The position numbers and the translations under genes were made by a program. Shown one piece after another: positions 39,661-55,734 of a stretch of DNA of 64,000 nucleotides. This stretch comes from Camelus dromedarius (taxonomy: Eukaryota), in contig NC_087436.1 of assembly GCF_036321535.1 (NCBI RefSeq), forward strand, positions 29,452,001-29,516,000, given 5' to 3'. Every line of letters begins with the position of its first letter. The first letter of the stretch is position 1. Under the pieces are notes generated by a model. The model did not search any database. It was not told the origin of the DNA and worked only from the letters and a program-made list of their open reading frames with translations.

Positions 39661-42600
39661 AAGGTTAATACTGATGTAGTCCAATGTGTATTTTACTCTT
39701 TTACTCTGTTTGCCTTGGGATTTCCTTTATAATCTATTTTTATAACACCTAGACTAAACAAGTTTTAGAATTTTTGAAATTATATTTTATAAGAAAGTAC
39801 CCCTTATTTTCACTAACTATAAAGTCCAATGTTTCTTTTTAACTCAAGAGATTTACTAAACATTCTGTTAAAACACAACAAAAACAATACAAATTTCTAA
39901 TGCTTTAGGTTTATTAGATTTTAAAGTGATTTCATATTATGGCCCCATGAACATAAACATAGCCCTTCTTGAGATCTTGATTTGGTATAAAAACAAAAGA
40001 GAAAGAAGTTAAATTTATAAGTATGTAAAAATGAAGCAGAGACGAATAACATAAGAAAGCAACTAACTGTACTGACTGTGTTCTTCAGCCACAGTAAATT
40101 TTGATTCATATTTTACCTTTCTACGAATAAATTTCTGCAGATATTTCATGTCACATAGAGTGATTTTATTATCAAAGTCCTGGTTCTGACCAACTTATGC
40201 AAAATAAAATGTAGATTTTAAGAAATTTTCTTTCTAACTCAGTAAAGAGGTAAATAAATTACAGCTGTATTTTATTAAGGAGTACATAGCAAAAGGCATG
40301 CACATTTTCTATGTAGAATGTAGGAATCAGTATCACTGACTGCCCTTTTTGATATAATATTTATTTATATTTAATTAGGAATAAAATAATTCTGTTTAAT
40401 TGAATTGAGCATTGTCTCAAAGAGGCAAGGAAGTCACACTTTTCAAAAAAAAAAAAAGATACAAACATTTGAGGGTTTTCTTTTCCTTATGCGTCCCAAA
40501 TACCTCAAATGACCCCAATATTAAGATTGTTGCTAAATTCCTATGTCAAAGCAAGCAAGCTCTCCTGAATCCATTTAGAAGGATATACAGGAATTGTAGG
40601 TTCTGGGCTATTTTCTAGATGTGCTGAGAGCATTGAGGCCAAAATTACTCATAGACAGGTAGGATGTATTTTCTTTTGGAGGATATTTACAGATAACAAA
40701 AATAATGCAGCTTAGGCTAAATTAAAAAGAAGCACCCATTTATTATAAAGCTACCAGGTTTAATGTATACATTTCAAAAAGTGGGAGAACAAGCTGCTCC
40801 ATAGTAACGTAGGATATTCTGCTTTAATTATTTAGGGAATACTCCATACTTTTAAAAGAATGTATACAAAATAATTTTGACATGTTATAAAGAGTTAGAA
40901 GCATGCAGGAGTGACACTATGTTCTAAAGTACTTCTGTTTTCCTTTTCTAGAAAGTCTTGTGTTTATGCTGTTTTTTTATGAAGTTTTCTTCATTAAGTG
41001 AAGCTTGATTATTTATGACAAATTTAAAACTATTAAATTAAAATTATATTTACTAATACACTGAACTCATGTTTGCAAGATTAAAAATTCTGCAATGTCC
41101 TCATATTAAAGATGGTCCCCAGTTGATCTTTTTCAAGGAAAAAAATAATCCATTGAAAAATGAGGGCATGTTAATACATTATGATCAAATGCTAATATAG
41201 AATCATTATTAACACTGCTTATAGCACTGGGAGAAAGAATTTTGAGTAACTGTCCAGAAGATCCTAAAAGACTGTATTCTAAAATAAACTGGTCCTGAGA
41301 TTTTGAGATTTACAGCTTTCCCAATGATACTATCCATTTCATCCCCCAAATACACATTAGCTTATTATTCTACATTATTTTGTAAAATTATATTTTATTT
41401 GCTTTTATCGACTTAATTATGGTATCAGTTATTTCAATTACATTCAAATACATCATTTAGCAAAATAATTTTAATTTAATAATATTCAGCAAGGAAGCCA
41501 CAAATTAATTTTTATCAGTTATTCTAACTACATTTGCTATAGTAAGAAAATAGAATATCTACTTTAAAAGATCATGAACATATAGATTATATTAGTAATA
41601 TATCCTTAATAATATATATATCAATAAAATAATACCTTAATATAGGTATTATCATATCATCAATCCACATACACTTTATTTTATTGGGTATCTCACCATT
41701 CTACTTAAAGATTAAAGGAGCAACAAAAAATAGTTACATATTATTTCCTGATTCCCAAAGCAGCAATTAAGTGTAAACTGAAGTAAAAACTGTAGTCTAA
41801 GCTTACATAATTGAACACTGAAAAGGAAGATTTGTTTCAATGTACTATGTCTTTTTCTTATTATGTAAAACTAATTTTGGCAATGTTTGCATTAGGGGAC
41901 TATGCTATATAATTTAAATATTTATAAATTTTTGAATAATTTGTAGATTCAATTTATCATTTAAAAAGAGTCTCAAAAAGCTAATGTTCTTTACTCAAAT
42001 ATTAACATCTAAATCTGTAATTGTGTTGGACTAATTGATATAATCCAGGTGTGATGCTACAGGAATAATTTTAAAAGGTAAATAAGAAGTCCATGGCAAG
42101 TAACATATTTAAATTTGGTGAGATGCTATCAGGTAGAATTGAAGCTGGCTCCACATCCTTGCTCCAATTAATTAAAAAAATGAGAAAAAACTACAATGCT
42201 TAGTAGCTTCTTCTTTAAAAGTTTAATTTATCTTTTTTGCTTTTCTCCTCTGTGGCTCATTTAGAAGGGATGAAAGAATAGAGTCACATGGGAATATGGA
42301 ATAACTGTTATGACAATTAAATGCATAATAGTAGCAGAGCCTTTGTGATAAAAAGAAATTTAAATTATATTTAGCAACTTGTAGTTAAATAGCTTAAATT
42401 GTTATATGGTTCATATTGCAATGATTTAAGCCCTATCCAAATTACTGTAAAACCAATATAATATAAAATATCAACTTTAAAATATAGGAATAAATGAGGT
42501 TTCCATCTGGGTCACACAAGCATATTTCTACATTTGAGAACTCTTTGTTAATATCTTGTCTGTGACTTGTTCAGTTATAATATGGAAAAATATGAACTTA

Positions 42601-45600
42601 ATTACAAATTACTTAATCTGCAGTATCTGCTTTCATTGACAATGATGTTAGCTTATCAAGTCTTTCCACAGTTGCTAATGCTCCATTTTTAACTATGTAT
42701 TTCTGAGTCAATGGCACAGAAGATTTCATTTTTTGTGTTATGTAGCTTCTTGAAATATTTTTCCAAAATAGATATTATGTACTCCACACACTGAACCCAT
42801 TCCAACTGTTCAGCCATATCCTCCAACATAAACTCTGTATTCCAAATAAGCTAAATTGCTTACCGCTACCTTGAAATATCACACACGTCACTTATTTATT
42901 AAAATATTTTTCCTTGTTCAAAAATATCTTCCTTTCTTTCTTTTTGCCTATGATATATACCACTAAGTTTTAAGAAATTTGTCAAATTCTTCAACTTACA
43001 TCTTTCTTAATGCACACCCTATCCTTAATTAACATTGACATTTCTATTTTTACCCCAATATTTCTTATTTTCAAATGCTTATTACCATGTCAATTACTTC
43101 TTTTTTTAAAATTCTTATCATTGTTTATGATAACCTCTGTTTTGAGTGCACTTTTTTTATACCCTGAGCTTTTTCAAGGTAGGAACTGCAGATGATTTGT
43201 GAAAAATAAGATAATTTCATAATGTAATTCATAATGTCTTGACTAACATAGACAAAAAAACAGAGTGAGCTAAAGAATTTGTTTAAAGAATGGTATTTAG
43301 CTGATTTTTCCATTTTCTTCATGAATGAATAATCATAAAAATTGCAGTCTATTTGGATATCTAGCGATAAAAATGCCAAAGTCCTTTGTCTTTGAATACT
43401 AGAAGCATGACACAAAGTTTAAAGGTGGAGGACTGAGCACATATTCTGGAACAAAAGGTGATGTCCTGGGAATGTTGGCCTATTCACATTCTTCATATAT
43501 TGTAAGTGATACTCTTTAGAGCTCTGTGGTATATTTCACACTTCTCACTTTGCCAGAACTATTGATTATCAATGAATCCCATTTAAAATGCCTTGTCTTA
43601 TTTAATTTATGACTGCAGTCATCTAAAATTCTAACTATATCAATTACTTGTTTAAAATATATAATTATTCATCTTGACAAGACAACTAAAATTAGATTCC
43701 TCCTGAGTGGTGCATTTATCAAATACAATTCACAACACCCTGATCCACATACTTGCCTTTTCTCAAGTACAACAATAATACCACAGGCATCTGCTGGCCT
43801 CAACGTCTTGAAGGTCTACTGAGCCCATTGCATCTACTATATGGGCAATCTGTATATTCTTTTCCCATTTGCAAAAAGACTCAGGACTGTGAACTAGCCA
43901 GGTCCATAAAGAAGTTGGAACTATGGGAGCTTTGGTTTCACTGGTTTCTGGGTGATAAAACGAGGGAAGTCAAGGTTCCTTGGGATGGACTTTGAATGAT
44001 GGGAGACTGAAAAACAAAAAGTGCTAGTTGATGAATTCTTACATAGAACATATGGCCTGTGTAAAGTACGCTGAGAGGCCTCTGACCCTGGGTGCTGAGA
44101 GCAGTAATTCATCATTGTGACTGTTTAGAATTGGTGGAACATGATGATAACAAGAAGCAGTCCACCCTTACTACTTGGAAACCAGGCAGAAGGACACCCT
44201 TCCCACCACTGATAGACAGCTCACAGGTATCAATGACCAAGCCAGCAATTCTCCCTGTTAACCTGTGGTCAGCCAGAAAATTTACTCCTCATATTTGCTC
44301 TCCCATTCCCCCCAACTCATACGCCTTCTATCCTTTCTTCTCCTGGGACTGCTCTTCCCAATATGGAGTTACAGACAATATTTTGCTCCAGCACCTGTTT
44401 TCTAGAAAACCTAGGCTAAACTGTCAGCTGTATCGTATTTGCAACCCTGGATGCCTTTGCAGCTTCACCAGCCACTCTTCCTCATGTGAACATCTCCCCA
44501 TTAACACTGAATTTACTGCTTTCCTAAGAATGCATCTTTCCTATTTTAATATTTTGTTATCTCTCTCTGGAATTCTCTGCTTTGCCTTTTCTACCTGAGA
44601 AACATCTACTGTGTGCAAATAATTTAACTGAAGTACCAAATTATTAAGTATAGTATGAATGGAGTAGAATTAAAAAACAGTGATTCATGAGTATAGTACA
44701 TTAAAATGAGGACAGTTTGCTTTGATAAGAACAGAGCTAAAAATATGATTACAGTAAGAATGAGGATGGACACATAGCACTATACTGAATTTAACTGATA
44801 AATTGTACATTTCTGTGATACTTTGCATTTAGATGATAACCTCCTTATTTCTCAGACATGAAGAAGCAGTTGCTTAAAAAGAGTGATTTACAGGACAGAA
44901 CTATGATGTCTCCAAAGATCAAAGGCATGGTGTCTGACGGTGAGAAGCACAGCTAGAATGGTCAGTTCTTAATCTGCTCTCACAAACTGAAGGAGATAAC
45001 AGATGTGGTTTTGAGAATGAGTTTTGAATAAACACTCTTGTTTGATTTTTTTTCATGGCTTACACATCCACTGTGAGGCATTGTGAGGCTTTCTAGGTAA
45101 TACTGATTTATTTTATGATGTCTTTATTGACCCTCCCTTTCAAAATGTCCACTAAGTAGTAACCAAATATGGATCACATTCTGGTGTATTTATTGTTGGT
45201 AATGATGTCTTGTTCTTTCGAGCACTGTCTTTCTCAACAGGTGAGCTATTTGAAGGTTTGGCATGTAGAAAGCACCAAATTAATAAATATTGAGTGGTAC
45301 TATTATATACATTACCTTCATTTTCTGCATTTCTCCTTATTCACTTATCAAGTACACAATCTGTTCAAGTTTGTTTTGTACCAATGTAAAAATGGACATG
45401 GAGGATCCTAACACTAATCTTGTACTACCTCCCACAATTCACCACAAGAAAAGATATTTCAAAATCCATGTTTTCTCTCCGAAGCTGGAATACTCATTTA
45501 CAAACTCCCTCATCGACACTATTTAGTTTCAATCTGTCAAGATTTTTTAAATGAATAAGTACTTTTAAAATTATTTTATCACATATTTTAAAATATTAAA

Positions 45601-46319
45601 AACATAAAAAAATAAGTTCCAGGTACTTTTCTAAGCACTCTATATGCATTATCTCAATACTCATAGATATCTTATGAAAATTATTTTTATCATCTCATTT
45701 AGCAGCTGAAAAAGCTGAAGCAAAATTAATAAATTTGCAGACAGTCACACACGTGCTGGATTTAGAATTCAAGTCCAGGCAGCAAAACACCAGAAGTCCT
45801 ATGCATCATCACTACCAGATAATACCTCATTAAGTACTTTGGAGCTCCCAGCCACAAATAGCTAGTATTCAAATAACAATGTTTCAGCAACAGGGAGATA
45901 GTTTAGACATCTGATTCTTCTATGGGAAAATTTAACTTAAAAACCATGAGTCAAGGAAAATATTAGTTAGCAATTTAATCTTTAACTATTCTATTTTTTT
46001 TCTTGTATTATGTTCATAATATGTCAGCCTCACTAAAAGTTTCTATAGTTCAAATGAGAGCACAGGTCTCAACTTTGCTGTAAAATTTTCATAATCATGC
46101 GGCCCTTAGCTGACCTTCTTCCTTAATTATCAAGTTCTTTGACTGGCAGTGAAGAAAATGATGAAAATGTATAGAAATGATTTTTTTTAAAGATAACTGG
46201 CCTAGATTATATTGCCCAAAGATTTTTAGGAGATAAAATTCAAACAACTTGAAGGAATCAAAACTAGAAATGAAAAAGAAATGTCAAAAATGATCTCTAG
46301 TTTTCTGCTCCTATTATAG

Positions 46320-49300
46320 GTGCAGAAAGTGACAAGATCACCAGAATTTTAAAAATAAACCAAATAAATTACAAAATTATAGCTTCACCTGGGTCCATCA
46401 GAGACCAGAGGACAACCAAGTAACCTTAATTTCCGAAATCAGAAGAGGACAAGAAAACCAAGCTGCATGAATTCTGAAGAAAGACAAATTTCATGAAGAA
46501 GAAGAAACAGAACATACAAACTCTGCCTTACTAAAGGGCATAGGAAGAAGAGAAATCAGTCACCACGCAAACTGGTAAGTCTTATCCAAAACTAAAGACA
46601 GAGTTTGGGTATTGTATCAGTCTGTAATTGTTAGTAGCCTCAGACACAAGGCTTTTTTCAATGGCCCCCACCACTGCTCACAAGTAAGACTGGGGTCAGG
46701 GAAGGAGGAAATGAGAGAAAGCCTTGCTCAGTGCAACAAAAATACATGAGGTGATTGTTGGTGTTTGGGGATGAACAGAAGACAAATACTGCCAGCTCTC
46801 CTGTTCTTCAGATCAAATCCTTAAGCTCCTGAGAGAGGACAGGAAATACTCTGAACAGTAGGCAAAAACTTATTGTTGGGGAAGGGTAGAAGAAGAAACT
46901 ATCAGTGAGAGAGAGCCAGGAGATTTCACTGGTCCTTGGATCCTGTATTAATCCCAACGTGAGATCAGCTACTGACGGGAGAAGGGCAGAAAACAGCCTT
47001 CCAAGTACAATCTCACACATAAGGCAATGTTTAGAGCACTGAGAAATTCCACCCTCCCCAGACCCAAAAGCAGAGGGATGCCTAACATTTAGGCAGAAAC
47101 TGGCCAACTGAGACTATGCCACACATGCTAACACAAGCCTGGAGAGAAGTGATCCAGCGAAGTTGTCCACGGGGAGGGAGGATGAAGAGTACGGTAACCG
47201 TCCCATTTAAAGTGCAGCTATGCAAGTAAGGTTGGTTGAAAACTGAGAGTGTGGAGCAGTCACGTAGGTTACCTTTCAGGACCTTATCCCCAACCCTCAG
47301 CATGCGGCAGTATCAGCCCAACACTACAGAAATTGGAAGTCTGTGGTACACTGATGATAACAATAGCTACAACAAAACTCAAATCCAGATGAACTCCTGA
47401 ACAGACTGACCAAGTTCCCCACATTAATGGCCAAACAGGGGAAGCATTTCTAGAATTAAACAGCAATTTGTCTCAATTGCTACTGTCCTATACATGATTT
47501 TCCTCATTTAATCAAAAAGTATCAAATGCACCAAGAAGAGAAGAAAATAAATTATATCAAAGAATAAGGCAATTAAGGAAACAAGACATGGAGAGGATGG
47601 ATGTAGATGGTGGAAAGAAAGAAAGGGTCTTTAAGAAAGCATCTTTAAAATAACTGTAATTAATATGTTAAAGAACAGAGTAATTGTAGGAGGTGGCAAA
47701 CATGAAGAGGTAATTTTGCAGAGAGATGTTAATTATAAGAAGGGATTAAATGGCAGAAGTGAGGAAAGATCTTGAAGATAGGCCAATATAAAGTATCCAA
47801 AATTTTTAAAAATGAGAAGATAGGATGAAAAGTAAAAAATAGAACATAGAATCCAAGAGCTGTGGTGAAATACGTGTGGATTTCAATCCAAAAGAAGAAA
47901 AAGAATAATACAGAGAAAATACTTGAAAGCTGAAATAGTTCAAAATTATTTTAAAAAAAATCAAACCATAGATTAGCTCAGAGAATGCTAACCAGCATAA
48001 ACACTAAATTTGAGTCATACATGATACTCAGAGACTTGAAGAATCAGTATTTTTCCCCCATTCATCTAGATTTACAGCATAATAAAAATAAAATCAGAGT
48101 ATGTTCTTTTTTTGTTGATGGTGGTAAAAATTAACAAGCTGAGTCTAAAATTCACAGACGATCTTGAGTAGCCAAACGATTTTGAAAAAGAACATATTTG
48201 GAAGGCTTGTACTACCTGGTTTAGGATTGCAAAACAAAGCCGAAATCCATCTAAAAGCTGCAATAAATGCAACAGTGTGGTACCGTCATAAAGACAGACA
48301 TACAGATCAATGAAACAAAACAGTTCAAATACAGATGCACACATAAATGGTCAACTTTTTTTACATAGCTACTAAGGTCACTCAATGTTAAAAGGACACA
48401 CTTTGCAGCAAATAGTGCAGAGAAAAAACTGAATATTCATGTATAAAAAAACAGTACCTTCAACCCAAACCTCTCACCATATACAAAAAATAACTCAAAA
48501 TGAATTATAGACCAAAATTTAAAAGCTGAAACTATAAAATTTTCTATGAGAAAGTACAGGACAATACTTTTGTGACATAAAATGGAAAGATTTCTTAGCT
48601 AGGACAACAAACGTGTAATCCATTAGGTAAAATGATTGACACTTTTGGCTTCACTGAAATTAAAAATGTGTTGTTTGAAAGACAGCCTATTAAAACAAGT
48701 CAGAGACAAGCAACAGGCTGGAAGAAAATGTTCACAAAACACATAAATGATAAATGTCTAGTATCTAGAGAATATAAAGCACTCTCAAAATGCAGTAATT
48801 AGAAAATCTTCAACAAAAAATTTGAAGAGAGAGTTTACCTTAAAAGATAGAAAGATGGCAAATAAGTATATGAAAAGATTCTTAACATCATAACTCACTT
48901 GGAAAATTCAAATTTAAATCACAATGGAATACCACTACAGACATATTAGAGTCACTAAACTTAAAACAAACAACCGAAAATACTCTAAGTACCAAAATTG
49001 TGGAAGAAAAGAATGTACAGCTCTCATACACTGCTGGTGGGAATTCTAAAAGGTACTGACACTGAGGAAAATAATTAAGCAGTTTGTTATAAAATTGAGC
49101 AAGTGCTGTAAGACTCGACTATTTCATACCTAGGTGCTTTACCTAAGAGAGATCTGGGTAAAACATAACCCAGACCTGTGCATTTGTGTAAGAGCTTCAT
49201 TCATAATAGCAAAACTAGAAATGACCCAAATATCCACATCGGGAGAATCAATAACAAACGGGGCACATATGTTTAATATACCATGCAGTAATAGCAAGGC

Positions 49301-49495
49301 ATGGACTACTCATACCTGCAATGATACACAATGATTCTAAACGTTATGCTAAGTAAAGACTACATACTCTATGATTACACACATAGGATTTTTTAAAGTA
49401 CAGGGACAAATAACAGGTTTTAGGTTATCAAGGTCTGGAGTGAAAGGGGAAACGGTTATAAAGGGATAAACGGAATTTTTGAGATGATGAATGTC
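46320..49495 (+). mobile_element. old L1M (L1MC/L1MD-like): 5' region, ORF1 pieces, ORF2 3' part and 3' UTR, with internal deletions
   Basis: Degenerate ORF2 motifs from ~48030 (acagatcaatgaaaca, caccatatacaaaaaataactcaaaatg, ctcatacactgctggtgggaat) and ORF1-like A-rich sequence at 47560-48010. Confidence 0.8.
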
Positions 49496-51719
49496 TTCAC
49501 TAGACCTAAATCTCCAGAGAATCCTTATATATTGAAACTCTTTCTAATTTGAATTTAAAATATGTATATATGATTGTCACTGCTTGCTGTTTATTTCTGT
49601 ATTTCATACTGTTTTCAGTTGCATCAATTATTTCTTCTAGAATGGTAGACATCCATTCCTTTCAAAAATATGTTAGATATTTCAGATATATGTTCCTATT
49701 TTATTTCTTCTACCGTTGTTTTATACTCTATTTGCTAACGCAATTATTCATTTCCTTTATACTTAATATTCCTGAAGATGGACTATGAATGCTTTACTCA
49801 TTACTGAGGTTCTTCACTCAGCTTAGAAATCTTCACTTAGCTGATGGTTAATTATTTTATTGAATGAACATGTTTCAAGTGATAACAACAAATTTAAATT
49901 TTTACTTCTAAAATAAAATCCAGTGAAGTCAGAAACTGAATGTTATTTTGTAGGAATTTATATATCCATTTATTTATCCATAGGCAACCTAAATGAGGTG
50001 TCAGTGGCAAAATAATGGCTAAATACCTGTATCTCTGCAAGATTCCTGAGTCCTTGATGATAAATGGTCTTTACTGACAACTAAGACACTGATCAATAAA
50101 ATGCATCTTTATCATGCCCTATGATCTACTCAACATTGATTTAAAAATAATAAAGTAAGCTAAGGTATGTGGTAAATGGGTATTATTCAAAAGGGATATT
50201 GTTAAGAACATTTGAATAAAAAGAGATATTAAACTTGGTTTCCTCTAACTTCACAAAGAATTGATTTTCATTATAACTCGTATTTGTGAAGTTCTATGTG
50301 TGTGTGTGTGTGTGTGAATTCTGTGTACATTAATATGCATTATACTGATTTTTTATTTTCTTTTTATAAAAGACATTAAGGCGTTGAAGTTTTCTTTTTA
50401 ATATAGACAACGGAAGATATATGGACTGGAATCAAATCATGAGCCTAACATTTGTTAATTAGGTTTCCAGGAATCTTCTCTGCCTTAATTTCATCATCTG
50501 CAGAATGAGGAGGATATTAATTGACTAACTTTGTTGGATTATTATAATAATTAAATGATTTTGTATACATATAAATACTTAATATATTAATTAACGCACT
50601 GAAATCAGTGTATGAGCATTGGCTTTTCATGTCATGTCTGATTTTAAATGTATTTAGTGTGTTAGTTAAATTCTTATGTATTTTTCCATTTGTTAAAAAT
50701 TACATAATTATAAATCAAAAATAGCAAATAGGCTTATTAAACTAAAATATATACATGTGCTTGCCTCTGCTAAAACCTAAGGATATAATGTTTAAAGAAT
50801 ATATGGCACTTTAATTAAAAAGTTAGTAAATTTTTCTAAAAGAAAATTATTTTTCTTGAGAATAGGACAGTCTTTGAAATACATACTAACTCTAGGAATT
50901 TGAATTAAAGGATCTGGGGAAAATATTGAAACATATTTAAACTTATCTATATAATGACTCAGAGTGAAAGATAAGGCTGTAAAACAAACCAATTTATGAG
51001 CAAATAAAGTGTACATTTCTGCATTAAGATATTTCTCCTTGGTCTCAAAAGACTAAAAACAATCTAAATGATAGCTGCCTTTGCACAAGACCCTCCCCAA
51101 AATGGGTGGATGGAAAGGGAAATCAATACACTGGAGAAAATCCTACTTGGATACTTAGAGTGCTCTGTGTAGGGTGTTTATTGATACTGCTTATGACTTT
51201 TCTCATTTCTTTTGAACCTCCTTACCCAGATTCTTTTCTGAACCCCATTATTAAAATTTTGTAGGCTAATCTATATTATCTCAAGGGCCTTTCAGAGATC
51301 TCTGTGGCGTATCATTATCAATCATCTCTTGGCTATATTAGTATGTACACCTATATCATCAGGCCTGTTTCTTCAAGGCATGTCCAGCTTTATGTATGAT
51401 GTAAAGTCTGTGCTCCTGGTACCGTGCCAAATACGGAAAATTCCTAAAGTTGGAGAATTTTTACTTTCACAAATATGATGATGAAATATAATTATTTCTC
51501 ATATGACCAAGGAGTTAAAGAATCTGGCACAATATTATGACTCCTAATGTCTCACTTTTTAATTTTTTCCTCTTTACTGCTTATACTTTTTTTAGTATGT
51601 AAACATGCATTCATAGAATGCTATTATGAAAATAGAACAACTTAAAATGTTTGAACAAATGTAAATGCTTTAAATTCTAATTTAAAAGGCAGAATCTCTG
51701 AACTTCAATGGCTTATATT

Positions 51720-53180
51720 CACTTTTGCCTTCATCTCAGGAATACGTAGAGTTGGAAGGGGCATCACACCATACTTACAAAAAGAAAAAACCCAGACAGA
51801 ATTCCAGTCAGGTCTGTGACTTTACTTGAACCCATCAGAGACCTGACATTTCAGAGCAACCAAATAATCCAAAATCTAAAGACACATAGACTCCTGTAGG
51901 GAGGTGCAGGCAGCAAACACTGCATTAGAAGGGCAGAGGATTCAGGCTGCAGTGCAAGAAGAATACAGCTAGAATAACTGATGAACTGGCAGTGCCCGCG
52001 AGCAGACTGGCAGAAAAGCACGGAGCTCCTAGCGGCCACACGTATAAACAGGAACTGCAGCTTTTTGCTGGCCTTTTTTTCTACAAACCCCAGCAGAAGC
52101 TCACAGAAAAGGGAGATGTCTTAAAAAAAAATCTGCCTTCTCAAAACAGCACAGGGTAAAGGGCAGCAGGTATTGACGAGGGGCAAAAAACTGCGTAAGA
52201 ATCATTCTCCGGTATCAAATACGTGGGAAAAAAAGGAAAGAAAAGCTTTAATCTGTGAGAAGAGTAATAAAAACTGACATCACTGAGACACTGGGAACAA
52301 CCATTACATATGGGAAAAAAGAGAGACCTTCTACCCCTTAGGGAGTGTCAGGAATACCTCCTGGGACCAGAACCACAGCTGGTAGGGAATAATATTCACC
52401 AAGATAAACCACAAACTGCCACAGAACAACTTTAAAAAATAAAAATCGTACAAATTATTTTCTCATATTATAAAATAAACTAGAAATTAATACAAGAAAG
52501 ACACCTCAAAAATCCCCAAATATCTGGAAATTAAACAACCCATGTTGAAACCATCTATGATAACAGAAGAGCCTCAAAGAAAATTTAATCATATTTGGAA
52601 TGGAATGAAAATGCAGCATTAAAAATTATGGGATGCAGCTAAAGCAATCTTCAAGGAAAAGTTTACAGAATTATAGAGTTAAATTGTATGTATTACATTA
52701 GATAAACAAAAGCCTTCAAATCGTTAAGGGAACCAGAAAAAGAATAGCAAAGTAAACCCACAGCAAGCAGAAACAAGAATATAAGATAATTGTAGAACTA
52801 AATAGAATTAAAAATGAGAAATCATACTAGTCAATAAATCACTGATGTCTCCAAAAAAAGAGAAACGAGGAGACAGTATTAGAGGCTATATGGAACTCTA
52901 GTGATAATAATGAAACATCACAAAACTGTATTCCCAGAAATTCACCAGCTTAAATGAAACGTACTACTTTCTCTAAAAGATGCAAACTATCAAAATTAAC
53001 TCAAGATGAAACAGATAACTTGGATAGCCCTATGGCTATCAAATACATTCACTTTAAAGTGTTTTCAACAAAGAAAACTCTAGGACCACAGAGTTCCATT
53101 GATGAATTCAACCTAGCATTTAAGGAAAAAATATCAGCCATTTTATACACTCTCCTTCAGAAAATAAAAGAAGCAGAAAC
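51720..53180 (+). mobile_element. old L1M 5' region joined to an ORF2 fragment
   Basis: ORF 52954-53226 (KLSKLTQDETDNLDSP...KKTLGPQSSIDEFNLAFKEKISAILYTLLQKI) is a degenerate ORF2 Z/RT-entry region. Confidence 0.75.
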
Positions 53181-55734
53181 AAATGTTTCCCTGACAGCTT
53201 TTGCAAACAGCTACATGCCCGAGTGATTCATCTTCAACAAAAAGGAACTATCTTGCAGACTCATGGAAAGGACTATGCCAGGTACTGTGGTATACAGGCG
53301 TCTGATGGCATTGTTCGTAACTCTGAGATACTACCACTGAGCTGAGTCAGAAATCCAGAATGCTAATTAAGAAGCTAATGGGTTCATGGGATCTGCTAAC
53401 CCAAGATCAAGCGAAACAAGAATTAATTACATAGAACTAAATAAACTGATGAAGGATTATCATAATTTTTTGTTTGGAACGTTCTTGTTGTTTTATGTTT
53501 GGAATACTGTTGATGTTTTATATTCTGTTTCCTGGCTATAAAGTACCTCTGTATGAAATCTGACATTCGTTGGGTGTAAAAAGCATGATGCAGTTTATTA
53601 CTGACTTATTATCATCATCACTTGATCACTTAATTTCCTCACTAGGGAGCAGCAAAACGCCTTCTTTTCTATCAATTACACTCAGCTGAGTCAGTAATAA
53701 GAATTGCACAGCTACTTTTACAAATGTTAAATCTGGTATGGACAAGTAAATGTTCTAAATGCCATGGTTACTGTATAGTTACTTCAATCATGTCTTTAAA
53801 TATTCTTTTAGTTTTCTCTTCAGACTGGTTTATTTCCGCTGAAAAAAATGGATGTGCTTAGAATTAGCCAATGCAATAAATTGAACTGGTCCCTCTCAGT
53901 TCATAAAATATTTCCCATGCCCTAACATGCCAAAATATTTTACCCTAGTGTTTTCAAAAACTATGACTTACCATGTTGCCAGAGGTGAAGAATTAGGTTT
54001 CTCTCTTGAAGAAGATAATAAAAACAAGCTGATGTTTTAAAATTTATGTATTTTAAAATCTGTGAAATCAAGTGTCAGTTCACATTGTCTGCTATATGTT
54101 ATCTTTCATATTAATAAAAAATTATCTGACATACTTATTCTTAAAAAATAAAATAAAACTTAGTCAAAATATTAAAGTTTGCTAAAGAAAAGCCATTCTA
54201 ACTTGTAACAAGTCCACATTTCCTTACATTTAATCACAATTCCCTCCACATCCAGAAGGCCATGTGCAGTGATTATGAGCCACAGTGGGGAATAAACTTT
54301 TTCTTTCACTCCACCAGCATTTTGTATATATTTTTTTCTTTAACCCACTTATTTATAATAGGCTTAAGGGAAGAATGGCTTCTCAGATATCAAAAGGCAG
54401 TGAAGCAGCTAACACAGAATTTCATAAGGTTTTTGCTGGGTGGTAGAGCAGCAATGGCTGCATAAGTGGAAGCACTGCTGGGTGCACCTGGCCTTTATCG
54501 CTGATTCCGGTGCACAGTTCTCTCTGGCGCATGGCCAGTTTTATAATCAGGAGACAACACAGAAGCTGCATAATGATGATTTTAATGATCATTTTAGGAG
54601 AGTGAAGTATTAACTGTTACTATCTTAATGTTTAATGATGAATTATAAATGATCATTCATCCTTTTAGAAATATATTTGAAATTCAGGTTCCAGTTCTTT
54701 CTAATGAGTAAATTAATCAATATTTTGTTTGGTATTACAGAAGATACATAAGGAATGGTTTTCCAGAAAAGTCTTTAAAATGAAGGAGAGTATTTTATAG
54801 AAGATAAGTGATGTCATTTTAATACTAGGAATAAAATTTAATCAATGTATGCATATGATTTTTAAATGCATCCCTAAATTTATTTTCGCTGTACACTATG
54901 CATTTTTGTAGTTAAAGATAAAAACACAGTTCTTACATGCTGCTGATGTCTTAACTTTAAAAAAATTATTAGATACAATAGCATGCTCACACTACATTTT
55001 AAAATATCTATAATTGTTAGCTTCAAGAAACAACTTTATTTCAATGTGACACCATGATAAATTTTTGAAAAGATTTATTTCAGAAATAAAAATAGACAGT
55101 AAATTTGGATTATACATTTCAAGTAATTATATAATTGAACAACATATATTGGACTAATAATATGATATTTACTGAATTACTTTTCTGATTTGAATGACAT
55201 ATTCATCATTTTTAAATTAACTTTTTTCATGAATAAGTTTTTTAAATAAAGTTACTTTCATTGAGTCTGCATTTGTGTGACAGATTTCTCTTCATATATG
55301 ATCAAAATCCCATCACCTGATTCTCATAATTCTCACTAGTAGTTAGATTCACGGATATTACTTACAGATCCTTCAGAAATTAGTCCAATAATCTTCAGTC
55401 AGATATGTAATTTGAATCTTAGTTTCCTCATCCCTAAATCAAGGGTGTAACTTATTTTCAAAGATAGAAGACAGATAGAAGACAAAGATGAAGTTACATT
55501 ATGTGAAAAAGCTTCCATGCCCTCTCTTTCCCCAACCACATGCACATAGACACACACACCTCCTACACGCATGTGAACATGTGCCCTCATATAACACACA
55601 TTTCTAAGCCTATCTCTCACTGTAAGTTTTACTTTGTGATCAAGGCAGGAAGTCTGAAGTGTAAAGGCTAAAAGGTATTTTCCTCTGATTTATTTTGCTT
55701 CCATTTTTCTTGTTCTTTTTCTTATAGTTCTTCA